Shown: in pieces, positions 13,085 through 24,904 of the stretch
Position numbering within the stretch: position 1 is the first letter of the stretch
Layout of the letters: every line of letters starts with the position of its first letter
DNA from: Catajapyx aquilonaris
Lineage: Eukaryota
Assembly (NCBI GenBank): GCA_000934665.2
Contig: JYFJ02001846.1
Location: 1 to 64,000 of the forward strand
Direction: 5' to 3'
DNA length: 64,000 nucleotides
Notes under the pieces: generated by a model
What the model was told of the DNA's origin: nothing
The model's input: only the letters and a program-made list of their open reading frames with translations
The model's database searches: none
Program-made: the position numbers and the translations under genes

Positions 13085-13300
13085 AACGCTAAAAGAAAAT
13101 ACCATTGTGGCCAAATAATAGATGGTCAGTGGATTTGTGGCGGCATACTAAGGAGTGACCCAAAAGGGGTGTTTATGACGGAGGTTGAGAATCAATAGTG
13201 AAATTTATCAGTCATTCTGAACAAGAAGGATCTTGGGTGTTTGGTGGTGGAAATAATGTGCTAGGACAGGCTAGTTCTTGCCCATTGGTGGAGAGAAAAC
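13085..13300 (+). pseudogene. Merlin/ISXO2-like transposase fragments (two adjacent pieces)
   Basis: KRKYHCGQIIDGQWICGGILR...FMTEVEN and EQEGSWVFGG...PLVERK. Confidence 0.7.
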
Positions 13301-16300
13301 TGAAACGTGATGACCACAAAAAGAGAACGGGGAGACATGGTGGGGGGAACTTGGCCAAGCCTTTTGTGACTGGACTTCTTGTGTGAACTGTAGGTAGGCT
13401 AGGTCATGTTGGTACAGCAAAGTCAGGAGTGACCTTTCACTGTAAGATCGAAGCAGTTTCCATTTGGGTAATTGTTCCGAGGCAATTGCACAACAATGAC
13501 TGTGCACTGATACAGGCTGCCCTGATCTACAGTACGACAATACAGCGAACATGTCTGGGCGATATAAGGGGATGCAGCAAAAATTATAGAAGTATGTATG
13601 TTTGCCTTGTGCCCACACCTTTAAATCTGGTAGGCCAAAGTGCAGTTGATGCAATTAATTAATTTCTTCTGTACCATACAATGTTGTTGTATTGTATACC
13701 TTTTTTTTCAGCATCAACCAGCCGCGCAGCCGGCGGAAAATTATGGAGGTCTGTCTGAATGCCAAAATGTGGACATGGTGTAACTCCAAAACCAGTTTTT
13801 TTTTTTTTAATCATATTTTCCCCCACTGAACCTTGATAGGTATATTAACATTATTTAGAAAATGATTTATTTCATTTACATGTAAGACAATGAGTCCGGG
13901 TTGGAAGAGGATAAACGCTTCAAATTATTAGGAATAAATCATTACCATTTCCCTATCCACAAGTGACCAAGTTTCATCAGACATAAATGATACAGAAATA
14001 GTTCATTATTCTACCTCAAACCAAGTGCTACTATATGCAAAGGGGGAGAAGACGCATCAGTCAACCAAGAAAGCACCTCTTTACCTCCAAAAGTAGCAAT
14101 GTTGGGCAACGACTGCTAAGGAGTACAACGCCATAGGAAGATACCCGTGCAGCAAATGGCAGCAGCTGCAGCAGTGTTTCCAGGTAAATATGTTATCAAA
14201 CATGGCAAGACAATCACCTATGGAGCATCACAGTCTCAGTTGCAAGAATTGGCTGAAAAACTGGCCTCCATGAGGAATGACGAGGTGCCAGAAGTTGACC
14301 GTAATGATTCCACGATCGTCACCTTCGGTATGCTTTGATATGAAAAGCATTGGTAGGCCATGAAGATGGTGGTGGAAGGGATGTAGCAGGTGGGGCATGG
14401 AACCACAGAAGGGGATTTGATTTGGTGACCTTTTACAGAGGCTCATGGTTGGCCCTTAAAAGGGCCGTTTGTTTAGGCTCTGAAAAGGACCTGGTTGTCC
14501 AGTGTGCTGCGGAGCTCAGAAGTCTGTCTTCTCCAGATGAAGCCTGCTGATCGAGTGGCTTGCCTGCACCTTGGGTGCCGCTTTTTATGGGCAAGGCGCA
14601 GACCTGGTGGATATCCGGCGAGAGTGGCTCGAATCTGGCCTTGAAGTTTTTTTTTAGGCAGGAAAGGAGCCGGGGAAAGGTATGATTAGGCTGCCGATGA
14701 GATTCAGGGGAAGTTTGGCGGTGAGATGATGCCGGCCAGGCAGGGCTTGCCTGGCTTTATCAGTTGCATTCCTTTACTTGACCCAATCTTCACTGAACTT
14801 GGGACTGCACAACAGGGCCCAACCCTAACTGGCATTCCTTCAAAGACTGTCCCTTCTCCTTGCAAGTACAAGTTCCTCTCAAATGAAGGTCATCCCAGAG
14901 GTCTTCTTCCCCCCTGCCACCCTATCCATTGTCCCCGCCAGCATCCCGCAAGGGATCTCTTGATGGTTAGGGGATTGATGCCCATCCCAACCCTTTGCCC
15001 CTGAAGACCTCCTTGACCCCCACAATGTCCTTCCTGCCCAAACTCCTCTCCAAACGGTTTTTAAAATGTGGCTGAAATCATGAGGGGTTGGTTGATGGCT
15101 TCAGCAAAATGTGAACACTTGGGCGCTTGTCGTGATGTCCTAATTCTTGCACAGGAACCACTACTTTCAGGTGTTGCTGGAGTGCAGTATGCAGAGGGCA
15201 CCAAAGTAAAGAAACAGGTGGTAACCCTGTGCTGAGGTCTTGCAAGTCCCCATTCCCACCAGAAATCTTGTTGACCACCAACTCTTGCCTAGCTTCAATG
15301 TCTGACGCATAACAACACTTGGTAGCCCAGCGGTTATGAAGTATTCCAGGGTGGTTGCTGTTCCATGAAGCCAGACGACACAAAGTCAACCCCAGCAGCT
15401 TTGATGATAGTGGCAACGGTGCAGGCAGCTTCATGCTCCTTCACACCACCAGGGCCTTTCATCCTCTTTAAGTCCACAGGTTGGTCACAATGGATCCACA
15501 GGCTTCCCAGGTACAGAATGGAGTCCTTACTTGCTTCAATAAACCTGAAAGAGAGATCCAGCACTTAGTACACAGCAACAACAGGCATCAACTAACAGAA
15601 ATTTGCTGAAGACCTTATAATGTGCAGTACATTTTTTGAAAAATAATTAAGCTTTTCATTCCCAATGGCCCAAGTGACTAGCAACTGCCATATGACAAAT
15701 GTCCACACAAATGCACTGTAACTTCAGTCCAAACTTGGCAACCTCATCCAAGAAAACAATAGACGGAGGCAGTGATTCACATAGTAGTTTCTTGCATATT
15801 GGAGGGAATGGCAGGAAACACCCAGGATTTAAACTGTGGCTTCACAAAATGAGGTCTAATTCAATGATTAGCACCTACATGGAAAATATGTGAGCTGCAT
15901 GTTATCAATAAGGAAAAAAAATTAATTTCACTAATGCAGACCAGCTTATTTGACCTTGCATTAATTTTCCTGCAAATATATTATTAAGCAATATTAAATC
16001 TTTCATTAAGTTTTGCATTTAGAATTATTAGCAAGTTATTACAGTAAAACTTTATTAATAAAATTATTGCTAACAAACTAACAAAAACCACAGCAGCAAC
16101 AACGGCAATAATACATGTAGTCCTTGATATTTTGGTAATATTTATGATGTACCATACTCAATATTAAGCTGCACGGTAATAAAAATACAGTACAGCATGC
16201 GTTGAAATAACAGCACCCTGATTACACCGTTTGAAGTAAAAAAAAGTATCATACCAATTCGCCCGCCATACAAAGTCACCCGCAGTGCATATTGCCATAC

Positions 16301-16491
16301 AGTAGCTACATTCAGTTTCAGCTATAGGCCTACCAATAATAACTTGCAAGGGGGAAAGTTTGAACGGTGGGCGATAATAATTCATCGGGCGAATGTGCAT
16401 CAGGCGAAATGTTATGGAACTGTAAAGAACATGTCTCCTTTTGTTTTCGGAGTCGCTGATTTAGATTTTTAGATACTTTTAACCTAGCCTG

Positions 16492-18164
16492 CAGGGTGTA
16501 CCAAAAATGCACCATGGAATTGAAGTACTGTAGAGAAGACAGGTGAAAATAATATTTCCGTGTTTTTGCAGTCGCTGATTTTGATTTTTAGGTTATTTTC
16601 AACCAAGACCTACATCCTGTTCCATAAACACCATCAAATTGACGAGTTCGTAGAATAAATAGTAGACATAGGCTATAATTAGTTGGGAAATAATGTTTCT
16701 GCACAATATTGCAATTGGTGATGTAAATTATGGGATTATTTCTAATGTCGGAAATCAAAACTTGAGGACAAACACTCATTCTGAAAAGGGTGGTAGTTAA
16801 TTATTGGCCATTGAAATTTTACAACATGTACTGAACCTCCCTGGTATGGACCTCTATAGGTGTTTTAATTTTCAAAATTGCATCGAGCAGTAGTGCTGCT
16901 CAATGATTTTTTAGTCACCATACACCCTGAAGGTCAACCTGGCAGCAATTTCATGGTTCACTGTTGATTACTGTAGTTGTTTTTGCAGACTAGGTTTTAT
17001 CACAAGAGTAGCGTAGCTGAAAATAAAGCGATTAAACATTCCCTCAAAATTGTAAATCATTACTAGTTACAGCAAATATTTAATTTGTCTTTTAACTCTC
17101 TCAATTAACCCTAATTAGACTGGTGGTTTTTCGCGTTTTTGCAAGCATCTGCAAAAAATTCGCTTGCTTTTTCACTTGGGAGGACGAGACTTGAATACAC
17201 TAGCGAATAAGTTTGTTTAGTGTCCAGGCTTGATCCTGAGGCCATCTATGTGACCCTCCTCTCATACCATACGCAGTGGAAATTCTTAAATGCCCAACAA
17301 GGTGGCACTGGGGGTATGTTTCGTGCCTACTCCAATTTTGTGTCGCTCGGCCTGCTTGACAAAGAGTATAGCGGTATGTAGCCTTGGCAGCGCTGAACAA
17401 AGCAGTACATAATTACATAGCATGAATTACGTCACAGGCCTTCCAGGCGAGCTGGTGTGATAAACACACACACCTTCCCCACTGGAAACCACCCTTGCGC
17501 CACAGCTGTTCAAAACCCCCGCGGGGCATGTGCCCCTCCATCCTGACGAAGGCCGGCCGGGAGTTGCGCAGTGGCCCACCAGCAGCTAATTGGCATTTAC
17601 GAACATTATTTATTTATTTTAAAGCTATTGAATTATCGTTTGCACTAATTTTATGGTAGAATCTCTTGAGGTTTGGGGGCAACTATGCATGCCAAAAATT
17701 TGCCGCCAAGGTCGGAATTTTCTTTTCTTTTTTGAAGTTTTGCTTTCATCCGCCCCAAAAAGATGATTTCATTCAAGTTAATCGGGTTAATAAGGTCTAT
17801 TTATGCAAGATTTTGCAGTCCAAAACTAGCGAGTTTTTACGCAAGAGAAAATTTTAAAAGCCACAAGAAACCACGTTACATAGTGGGAAAACGCTAGCTT
17901 TTGCCAGCAGAATTTTTTAAAGCCATCGTATCAGCTCTTAGTCTTATTAGGGGTAATTAAAATTATTTGCAATTATTTATGCCATTTATTCTGCAAACTC
18001 TTAAATTCAATAGCGTTTTAGGTACACTCTAAGTCTTGGTGCAAAATAACACAAAAATCAAAATCAGCGACTCTGCGAAAACACCAAGAAATATTATTTT
18101 TACCTACTGATAATGCTTATTCTACAAGTTCTTCTATTCCATGGTGAATTTTTGTTACACCCTG
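16492..18164. mobile_element. Non-autonomous Tc1/mariner-type element (or two opposed ends of one family) with ~120-bp CAGGGTG TIRs
   Basis: CAGGGTGTACCAAAAATGCACCATGGAAT...GTCGCTGATTTTGATTTTT at 16492 matches the reverse complement of ~18030-18164, which ends TACACCCTG|TA; no transposase inside; a partial extra copy lies at ~16442-16472. Confidence 0.7.
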
Positions 18165-18333
18165 TAGACAATGAAAACATAAGACAAAAAGTTTTTTCTT
18201 TTTACTTGTACAGTTTAATTGAAGCACTATTATTTCTGATCCCCCACCCCAATATTGAACTATACCATGCGGGCTGGTCCCAAAAAGTCAGCTTGAATAA
18301 ATATCGCGGTAGGAATCGTGAGAAAATCAGATG

Positions 18334-18575
18334 GACACAAATTCGGCGGAAGGCTGAGCGGGCGGCAAGAGTGCGTTTGGGGGCGTGGTTTCGGGCGCGG
18401 AACTGAGCGGTGGCAATCGCACAAGTCCATCCAGGTGAACTTGAGCGGTTCCCACCGCACGACTTTCCGCCCGCAGCGCCACCGCTTGAATTTGTGAATT
18501 GCCACCACTCACATTCCGTGCCCCAATCGCACATGTTCCGACCGCTCAACCTTCCGCCGAATTTGTGTCGAGGCC
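18334..18575. mobile_element. Harbinger/Tourist-like MITE
   Basis: 27/28-bp inverted repeat (18334-18361 vs 18542-18569); right end ...GTGTCGAGGCC|TTA; related copy at 60726-60811. Confidence 0.75.
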
Positions 18576-18579
18576 TTAA

Positions 18580-18690
18580 GGCCGGGCACAAATCACGCAA
18601 ATTTGGTGCGACGTTGCATCGACTGGTTGCATAAACACGCTGCGCACGCCGTTTCCGTCAGCTTCCATGCAACGTCGCATGGATGTCGCA
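18580..18690. mobile_element. Left end of a second Harbinger-like MITE abutting the first
   Basis: TAA|GGCCGGGCACAAAT terminus; internal IR GCGACGTTGCA/TGCAACGTCGC. Confidence 0.5.
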
Positions 18691-19284
18691 CTTTTCAAAC
18701 ACTACTTGAAAACTCCCCCAACCAATTCATGAGCTGTTCGACTTCAATGCGCAGGCCCAATCCAGTGGACTGGGGCAGACAGGGGCACCAGCGCTAAAAC
18801 TGCTATGAGAATGTGCTGGTGGCGGCACGGTAACTACAGCTCTGTCGCCGCCACCCACTTCCCATCGGCTGAATCCGACTCAACACCCTTGATGCTACCA
18901 TTGCAGCCATGCCGCACTAACTGCTCATGAAGTGAGCCAATGAGTGTCGCAGAGAAACCTTCCGCTTGCTCATAAGTTGTTGATTAAAATTAATATAAAG
19001 CTGCGCAACCTCACCTGTTCTGGGGGCAATGGAAAGGGGGCCGGCCCGTGGCGTGGCCAGGGTCTGTCTGGGGTCATCCGGCCGGTGATGCTCTTCCGCA
19101 CCGTCCTCCTCCCTGCTTCGTGCTGGGGCCTGCCCAGGGGCGTCCCCCTGCCCGTCCCCCGGTCTGCTGCGTACGGGCTGTGACCACGGGCGTGCCCCGG
19201 GCAGGAGAGAGACTCGACATCCGCATCTTCCTTCTTGTTCGATCGGAAGGAGAATAGGTGGGTGGGGAGCAGTGGGAGGGAGGG

Positions 19285-19398
19285 AAGGCGTCGATTAATC
19301 GATACTGAAGCCAGAGTATCGATACGCGCATGTGGGCCATAAGAGGCTATGGAGGAAACACGATGTATCGCCCGCATCGATGTATCGGACAGTACCTA
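19285..19398. mobile_element. hAT-like MITE right end
   Basis: Clustered ATCGAT/TATCG subterminal motifs ending CAGTACCTA (rc TAGGTACTG). Confidence 0.45.
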
Positions 19399-20001
19399 TG
19401 GCTATGGAAGAAGGGTTTGGTCGCTCCTACACGATGGTGGACGCCATCTTTGGTCCAATATTTTCCCACCTACTATTCACAAGATTCTATTGCACGGAGC
19501 TTCCATTATTCAAGCCTCACCAGTGCCAGTCGGCATGATGGCTGAAGAGGAGGCAAAACACAAGGACAATAAGTTTACCAGAGTCTTTCACACGAGAAAA
19601 AAATGTCTAGGGAGGAAGGCATGGAATACTTGCTGCATATGTGGATCTGCAGTCTATAGACATGGCAAACAACTTCACTCAATTTGAGTCCTTATAGTCA
19701 TACAGAACACGCAAAAGAGCGACTATCTGACGCCCACAATCAGAACACTCGACTGGATCTAATAATTCGACTGAAACTATTAGTGTCCGCTTTTCCCCAT
19801 CCAGTCGATATCACCTGGACATATGCACGAGTTATTCCTGCAGAGATGCAGAGAACAATATGACAGTGTTCTTGGAGTCAACATTGCTACTACATCTGAC
19901 ACCCTTCACAAACCCAGTAGATACTCTCCAAGGGGATAACACAGCACTGTGATTGTAGTACAGCTGTTTGGTATCACTCTGAAGGCCGCACACACACATA
20001 T

Positions 20002-20390
20002 TGTAACAGTATTACCCGTCACAGTATTGAGCTGTTTCTGGAACACCCCCTATTTGACCAAACTTACATCCTACCCACAGTGCACCACTCCCCGTACTGA
20101 TCCTTTCTCCGACCCATTATAATTCAACCCACACTCCTTGCCTAGTACATGCCTAATACCCACAATGCATCACCCCTTTTCTGCCCACTATAAAAACCCG
20201 TCACCCGTTTTGCTCGAGGCCAGTTCCTGGGACAATATCCCGGGGACTGGTCACTCCCTTCTCCCATCCTTCTGATATTCCTACTTCTCCCTACCCCCCA
20301 TTTTTTTGTACCTCTGAGTTACGGTAAAATAAACACCATTCATTTAAGCGAAACCCACGTTTGTTCGTCTTTGTGTCCATCCCTGTCACA
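20002..20390 (+). repeat. 5' LTR (389 bp)
   Basis: TGTAAC...GTCACA; TATAAAAA 20189-20196; AATAAA 20328-20333. Confidence 0.97.
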
Positions 20391-20393
20391 AAG

Positions 20394-20411
20394 TGGTGTC
20401 AGAAGTGGGAT
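20394..20411 (+). promoter_or_regulatory. Primer-binding site for tRNA-Leu
   Basis: TGGTGTCAGAAGTGGGAT, complementary to the ...ATCCCACTTCTGACACCA 3' end of metazoan tRNA-Leu(CAA/CAG); starts 3 nt after the LTR. Confidence 0.9.
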
Positions 20412-20631
20412 ATTCGCAGAATGTGTGTGACCGTAGACAAGTACACTTCTCCGCCGCCGTCTGGAGACTTACTGTGCCTACGAGGGCACGTGCGGACAGC
20501 TGCTCGTCCTGAGCCTGGGTCCATTTGGAACGCAGTGTTTTGCGTACCTGGTCCACTGATCGGATATACCGACGGAGACCGTAATCGACGCCCTACTATT
20601 GGCGTCACCTGTTCATCGTACGTACGATGCG

Positions 20632-20829
20632 ATGGCTTTTGGCATCGTGAACCCTACACGTTTGCCTAGTTTCATCCTTTCCCCATCTTTCCCTCGGTTA
20701 TGGGCTAAAGAAGTGTACTTACCCATGACCGGACGGATATATCCCATCCGTCCCTTTTTTTTCCCTTCCTACTGGTGGATTCCCCAGAACGGAGTCCCCA
20801 GAACCCCTCCCCTTCCTGTGTGTACATGA
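20632..20829 (+). CDS. LTR-element small ORF B (65 aa, Pro/aromatic-rich)
   Basis: ATG 20632; its TGA overlaps the next ATG (ATGA 20826-20829). Confidence 0.3.
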   Translation: MAFGIVNPTRLPSFILSPSFPRLWAKEVYLPMTGRIYPIRPFFFPSYWWIPQNGVPRTPPLPVCT

Positions 20830-21095
20830 AGCAGTCCTACGTCTACGAGAAGCCCACATACGACGTAAATTACTACGAGCAGCCCTTCTCAGATCTGAAA
20901 CTGTTCGAATGTGGCCCGACCAAACACGAGAATCGTATAACAGCTGTGTGCATTCCATGTGTCGGAAGAAGGGCTTGCCTGCCTGGTACATGGAGGAGGA
21001 GCGTAGGTGTGTGTAGTTGTCGTGGTGTGTACGCTCCAAGGACATGTCGCCAAATGCATCGCAACCCCATGACGTCAAGTGGGGCAAGCGAGTAA
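20826..21095 (+). CDS. LTR-element small ORF C (89 aa, Tyr-rich then Cys-rich)
   Basis: MKQSYVYEKPTYDVNYYEQP...CIPC...CSC...C; its TAA overlaps the next ATG (TAATG 21093-21097). Confidence 0.35.
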   Translation: MKQSYVYEKPTYDVNYYEQPFSDLKLFECGPTKHENRITAVCIPCVGRRACLPGTWRRSVGVCSCRGVYAPRTCRQMHRNPMTSSGASE

Positions 21096-21229
21096 TGGAG
21101 GGTGACGATGACCGGATGACAGCCAGACCATTGGAGTGTCACCATGTCCTGGTAGCAGTACAAGAGAAAGGAGACGTGAGAGTCTGCATAGGCCCTCATT
21201 ATTGCCCCGTCCCCTATACTCCGTGGTGA
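21095..21229 (+). CDS. LTR-element small ORF D (44 aa, Cys/His-containing)
   Basis: MEGDDDRMTARPLECHH...CIGPHYCPVPYTPW; starts within TAATG. Confidence 0.3.
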   Translation: MEGDDDRMTARPLECHHVLVAVQEKGDVRVCIGPHYCPVPYTPW

Positions 21230-21504
21230 CCCATTCAGGTGCGTTTGTCGTAGAAATGAACAGCGCAATCAAGGGCCTGAATGGCATGGACCACTAAAAA
21301 ACCTCTGAAAGGTGTCCCTGCACTTGAGGCAAGTTGAGTAAGGAGATTTCACGCATAATGTGATATGGGGCCTTTCCATTTGGACACCCGAGACTATAGG
21401 TGTGGGTGTGTGTCACTATTGAACTGATAAACTTTTGCTTTATAAGGACGTGCTATGTTGTGTGGAGTACCCATTCGCCAGCAGCCCACCACCAAGAAAC
21501 CACC

Positions 21505-22089
21505 ATGGCCTATCCACACGGAACCACCGGGATGCTGCGCGCATCAGCAACAACCACGGTGTCCATATACGGCCGTGATTGGACAGCCCTACTGGATAGC
21601 GGTGCGGTTTCATCGTCAGTCGACAGGAGGGTAGTAGACAGCATTCCAATGAACCTGCGACCCTTTCTCCGTGCTGACAACCGGACCCGTTTGATCATGC
21701 CGGATGGACGCTTGGTGTGGCCTGATGGACGAATGATGCTGCCTGTGGGGTTTGGACCTTGCGTTTTCCAGATTGACCTCTTTGTTGTGGAGACCTCCTC
21801 AGTACCAGTCGTGGTAGGAGGCGATTTTCAAGAAGAATGGGAGTGTCAGCTCGATTGGAGCCGCCACCTGTTTTCTGGGATTGCCCCAGTGGACCCCTTC
21901 GGTGGACCCGATCAACCTCGACGGGGATTTGCTGTTCCGTTTATAGCCTTCGCAAACCTCCCGAGGGGAAGGCCGCCTATACCAGCCCTGCCAGGAGCCT
22001 CACGCGCCCGCCGGAGCCACTCCGCACCTCCCCCACAACCTGATGTCATCGAGGTCAGCTCGTCGGATGGCGACGAGGAACCCTTTTGA
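21505..22089 (+). CDS. Stand-alone retropepsin-type aspartic protease (194 aa)
   Basis: ACCACCATGG Kozak context; ALLDSGAVSS active site; VVVGGDF motif; intact frame; C-terminal VIEVSSSDGDEE. Confidence 0.85.
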   Translation: MAYPHGTTGMLRASATTTVSIYGRDWTALLDSGAVSSSVDRRVVDSIPMNLRPFLRADNRTRLIMPDGRLVWPDGRMMLPVGFGPCVFQIDLFVVETSSVPVVVGGDFQEEWECQLDWSRHLFSGIAPVDPFGGPDQPRRGFAVPFIAFANLPRGRPPIPALPGASRARRSHSAPPPQPDVIEVSSSDGDEEPF

Positions 22090-22448
22090 CTCCTCTGCAC
22101 ATGTGACAACTAAGTGACTCACATACAAAGAAGAAATACACCCGTGGTGGGAATGTAATTTATGTTTTCATGATTGTGATCTGTAGTGTGCGTCGTCTGT
22201 GAACATTACCGGGCGCACCTACTGATGACGTCGTGTGTTTCCTGACGTCCACCCAACCACCAAAGTTAATTTTTTATTTATTTCCCCCTCGTTGACTGTG
22301 AACTGTGCCGGACGAGGCGTCAGACTGTTATATCATTCTCTCTTTTTTTCCCATTTTGTTTTATGTTCAGTTGAAGTATGTCGCGATACAATGATATGGT
22401 GTTAGTTCTGGACCCCATCACACCCTCTTGTTCTGTGGGCCAGTATCT

Positions 22449-22461
22449 GGATGGTGGGGTG
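22449..22461 (+). promoter_or_regulatory. Polypurine tract
   Basis: GGATGGTGGGGTG immediately before the 3' LTR. Confidence 0.7.
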
Positions 22462-22851
22462 TGTAACAGTATTACCCGTCACAGTATTGAGCTGTTTCTG
22501 GAACACCCCCTATTTGACCAAACTTACATCCTACCCACAGTGCACCACTCCCCGTACTGATCCTTTCTCCGACCCATTATAATTCAACCCACACTCCTTG
22601 CCTAGTACATGCCTAATACCCACAATGCATCACCCCTTTTCTGCCCACTATAAAAACCCGTCACCCGTTTCGCTCGTGGCCAGTTCCTGGGACAATATCC
22701 CGGGGACTGGTCACTCCCTTCTCCCATCCTTCTGATATTCCTACTTCTCCCTACCCCCCATTTTTTTTGTACCTCTGAGTTACGGTAAAATAAACACCAT
22801 TCATTTAAGCGAAACCCACGTTTGTTCGTCTTTGTGTCCATCCCTGTCACA
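22462..22851 (+). repeat. 3' LTR (390 bp)
   Basis: Near-identical direct repeat of 20002-20390. Confidence 0.97.
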
Positions 22852-24569
22852 ATATGTTAGGTAATTTCCATAAGTTTCCACGAATAAACCTGCAGACATA
22901 CCGGTATTATGAAAAAAAAATTACGTTTCAGAGCCATGGTCCAAATATTTGTGCCTGGTCGACACGTACAGTTCGGGTAGACATACGGATAAGATTTCGT
23001 TTCCAAATCATTATATTATTCATATTATACTGTACTTCTAATGTATAGAGAGCACGCCCAGTGCATGCCGTCCGATGATATTATATGTCATACGACTGGC
23101 CTATTCTAATTAGTAAGTATTCTAAGACCATTACAAATTTATCCCATGATCAGGGACATGCTATATTATTAGCCTTTCTGATTTCTAGCTGAAATCCTAA
23201 TTGATAACATAATTATGAACTGCTGGTATGAATCCCGAACAAACTAGCACACCATGCGCCAAGCTGTTGCTATTTTATTAAAATATATTATGCAATCTAC
23301 GGTAACAACAAGTAGTATCGGACACATTTCACGTGTTCAACAACAACACTGTGAGACTGCTCATGTCAAAAATCAACAAGCTAACGATTGGCTGACAATG
23401 CACAAAAAATGGCCCACCATTTCTGTCCGGTGGTGGTTACACAAATGCACACCACCAACAAGGGTACCAGCATGTCACATCCCCCCCAGCCTAAAAATCA
23501 CCGGACGTTGATCAACCAATCAGGACGACACTGCAATGAAATTGACGTCATGCACGTACCATTCACACATTATTATTTATCATTAGCACGGAGCCAATAT
23601 TTCATGCAATGAACGTGATTATCCCAATACAGGGGTTAGAAACATCAGGAGGAGAGGGGCTGAAATAACATCCTGGCGGAGAGTACTTGCATTTATTTAC
23701 CATCTAACCATGGATATCTTGGATGCCATCTTCACTGAAAATATCTCGTGCGACGCCACAAAAATTGTTCTTCGAGACATGTCATCGCCCGTAATCTGTG
23801 TAATTCGGCAACAGGTGACCACAGGCACCACCACAATTATTGAAGGACTCAAGCGTGGACAAACGACAACATCCTGCGACCCTGCATGAAACGGCTAAAA
23901 TCTTGCTGCATGACTTTCGAATAAGGTCACTGGATGGGCACAACAACTGCGTATAACTCAATAAAATTAATATTGAGTGGCCACTTCCATTTTGGTGAGG
24001 TTTCTCCCTCACTCTGATGACGGAAGTGATTAAACTATGACCCCTCGACATTCAGTACATTTGAAGATTGAAGGAAGGCAGGATAAGTCAGAAATAATCA
24101 CTGCAACCAACAACGGAAATAACAGTGAGCACATTCTCAAGACAACTATTCCTATATAGGCAGTGTATTTTGAATTTCAAGCAACTATCACCATAACTAG
24201 TTCCGCCTCTATCGAACCCAATACAACATTCCCTCAGGAATTTATTTACTTACACATAACACTTTAGACGACAATAGCTTTCAATGGCAATGTTATCCTC
24301 ACAAGTCACAACCAGGTCTTTACTGACATTCTCATTAGCTCGTATGAACATGACAAATCACCTGAAAAAGTGTTTAAGAAAATCCACTACCGAAAAACTA
24401 TTATATATCGCGACGTGTTGCAGCTTTTAACCACAATATTCTTGTTAACTTGTTGTGCACATCTGTTAAAAATGATGTCCACCCTGTCTGTTCGGCTGGA
24501 CAGCCTCTTCGTAATTTGCATACTCTGTAAACCTTTTCTTAAAACTGTATACTAATTGTGCCATATGGC

Positions 24570-24725
24570 GCACTAGCGCGTCCTTCTGCAGCCACGATCC
24601 ATATAGGGACATGGGTCTACTGGTGTCGGTGCAAACCATACGGAGAAGGCTGCATGAAGCAAGACATCTTCCTCGCACGGCCGCCCAGAAACCTCTGTTG
24701 ACAGTGGCTAAACAAGTGTGACAAT
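24570..24725 (+). pseudogene. Tc1-like transposase HTH fragment
   Basis: GLLVSVQTIRRRLHEARHLPRTAAQKPLLT. Confidence 0.7.
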
Positions 24726-24904
24726 GCTCCCGATACTCTCTCAAAAGGGGAAAACGGATGATAAATTTATTACTGGAATAAAACATGAATCAGGCAACCT
24801 GACATTTACCAATATCGACTATACAGGTGTAGAAGACGCCCAATATTTAGAACACGGCCTGCAACTGTTCAATGTTTAGTCCACTAGTGAAACGTGAATC
24901 CAGG

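Larger units (their letters stand above)
20002..22851 (+). mobile_element. Complete, young, non-autonomous Ty3/gypsy-type LTR retroelement (2850 bp)
   Basis: TG...CA LTRs at 20002-20390 and 22462-22851 differ by 2 substitutions and 1 T indel; 4-bp TSD ATAT (19998-20001, 22852-22855); PBS and polypurine tract present; only a protease is recognisable. Confidence 0.97.

Noticed and set aside
19590..19687. piggyBac C-terminal Cys-rich domain (RKAWNTCCICGSAVYRH)
   Set aside because: Suggestive but too short and degenerate to call
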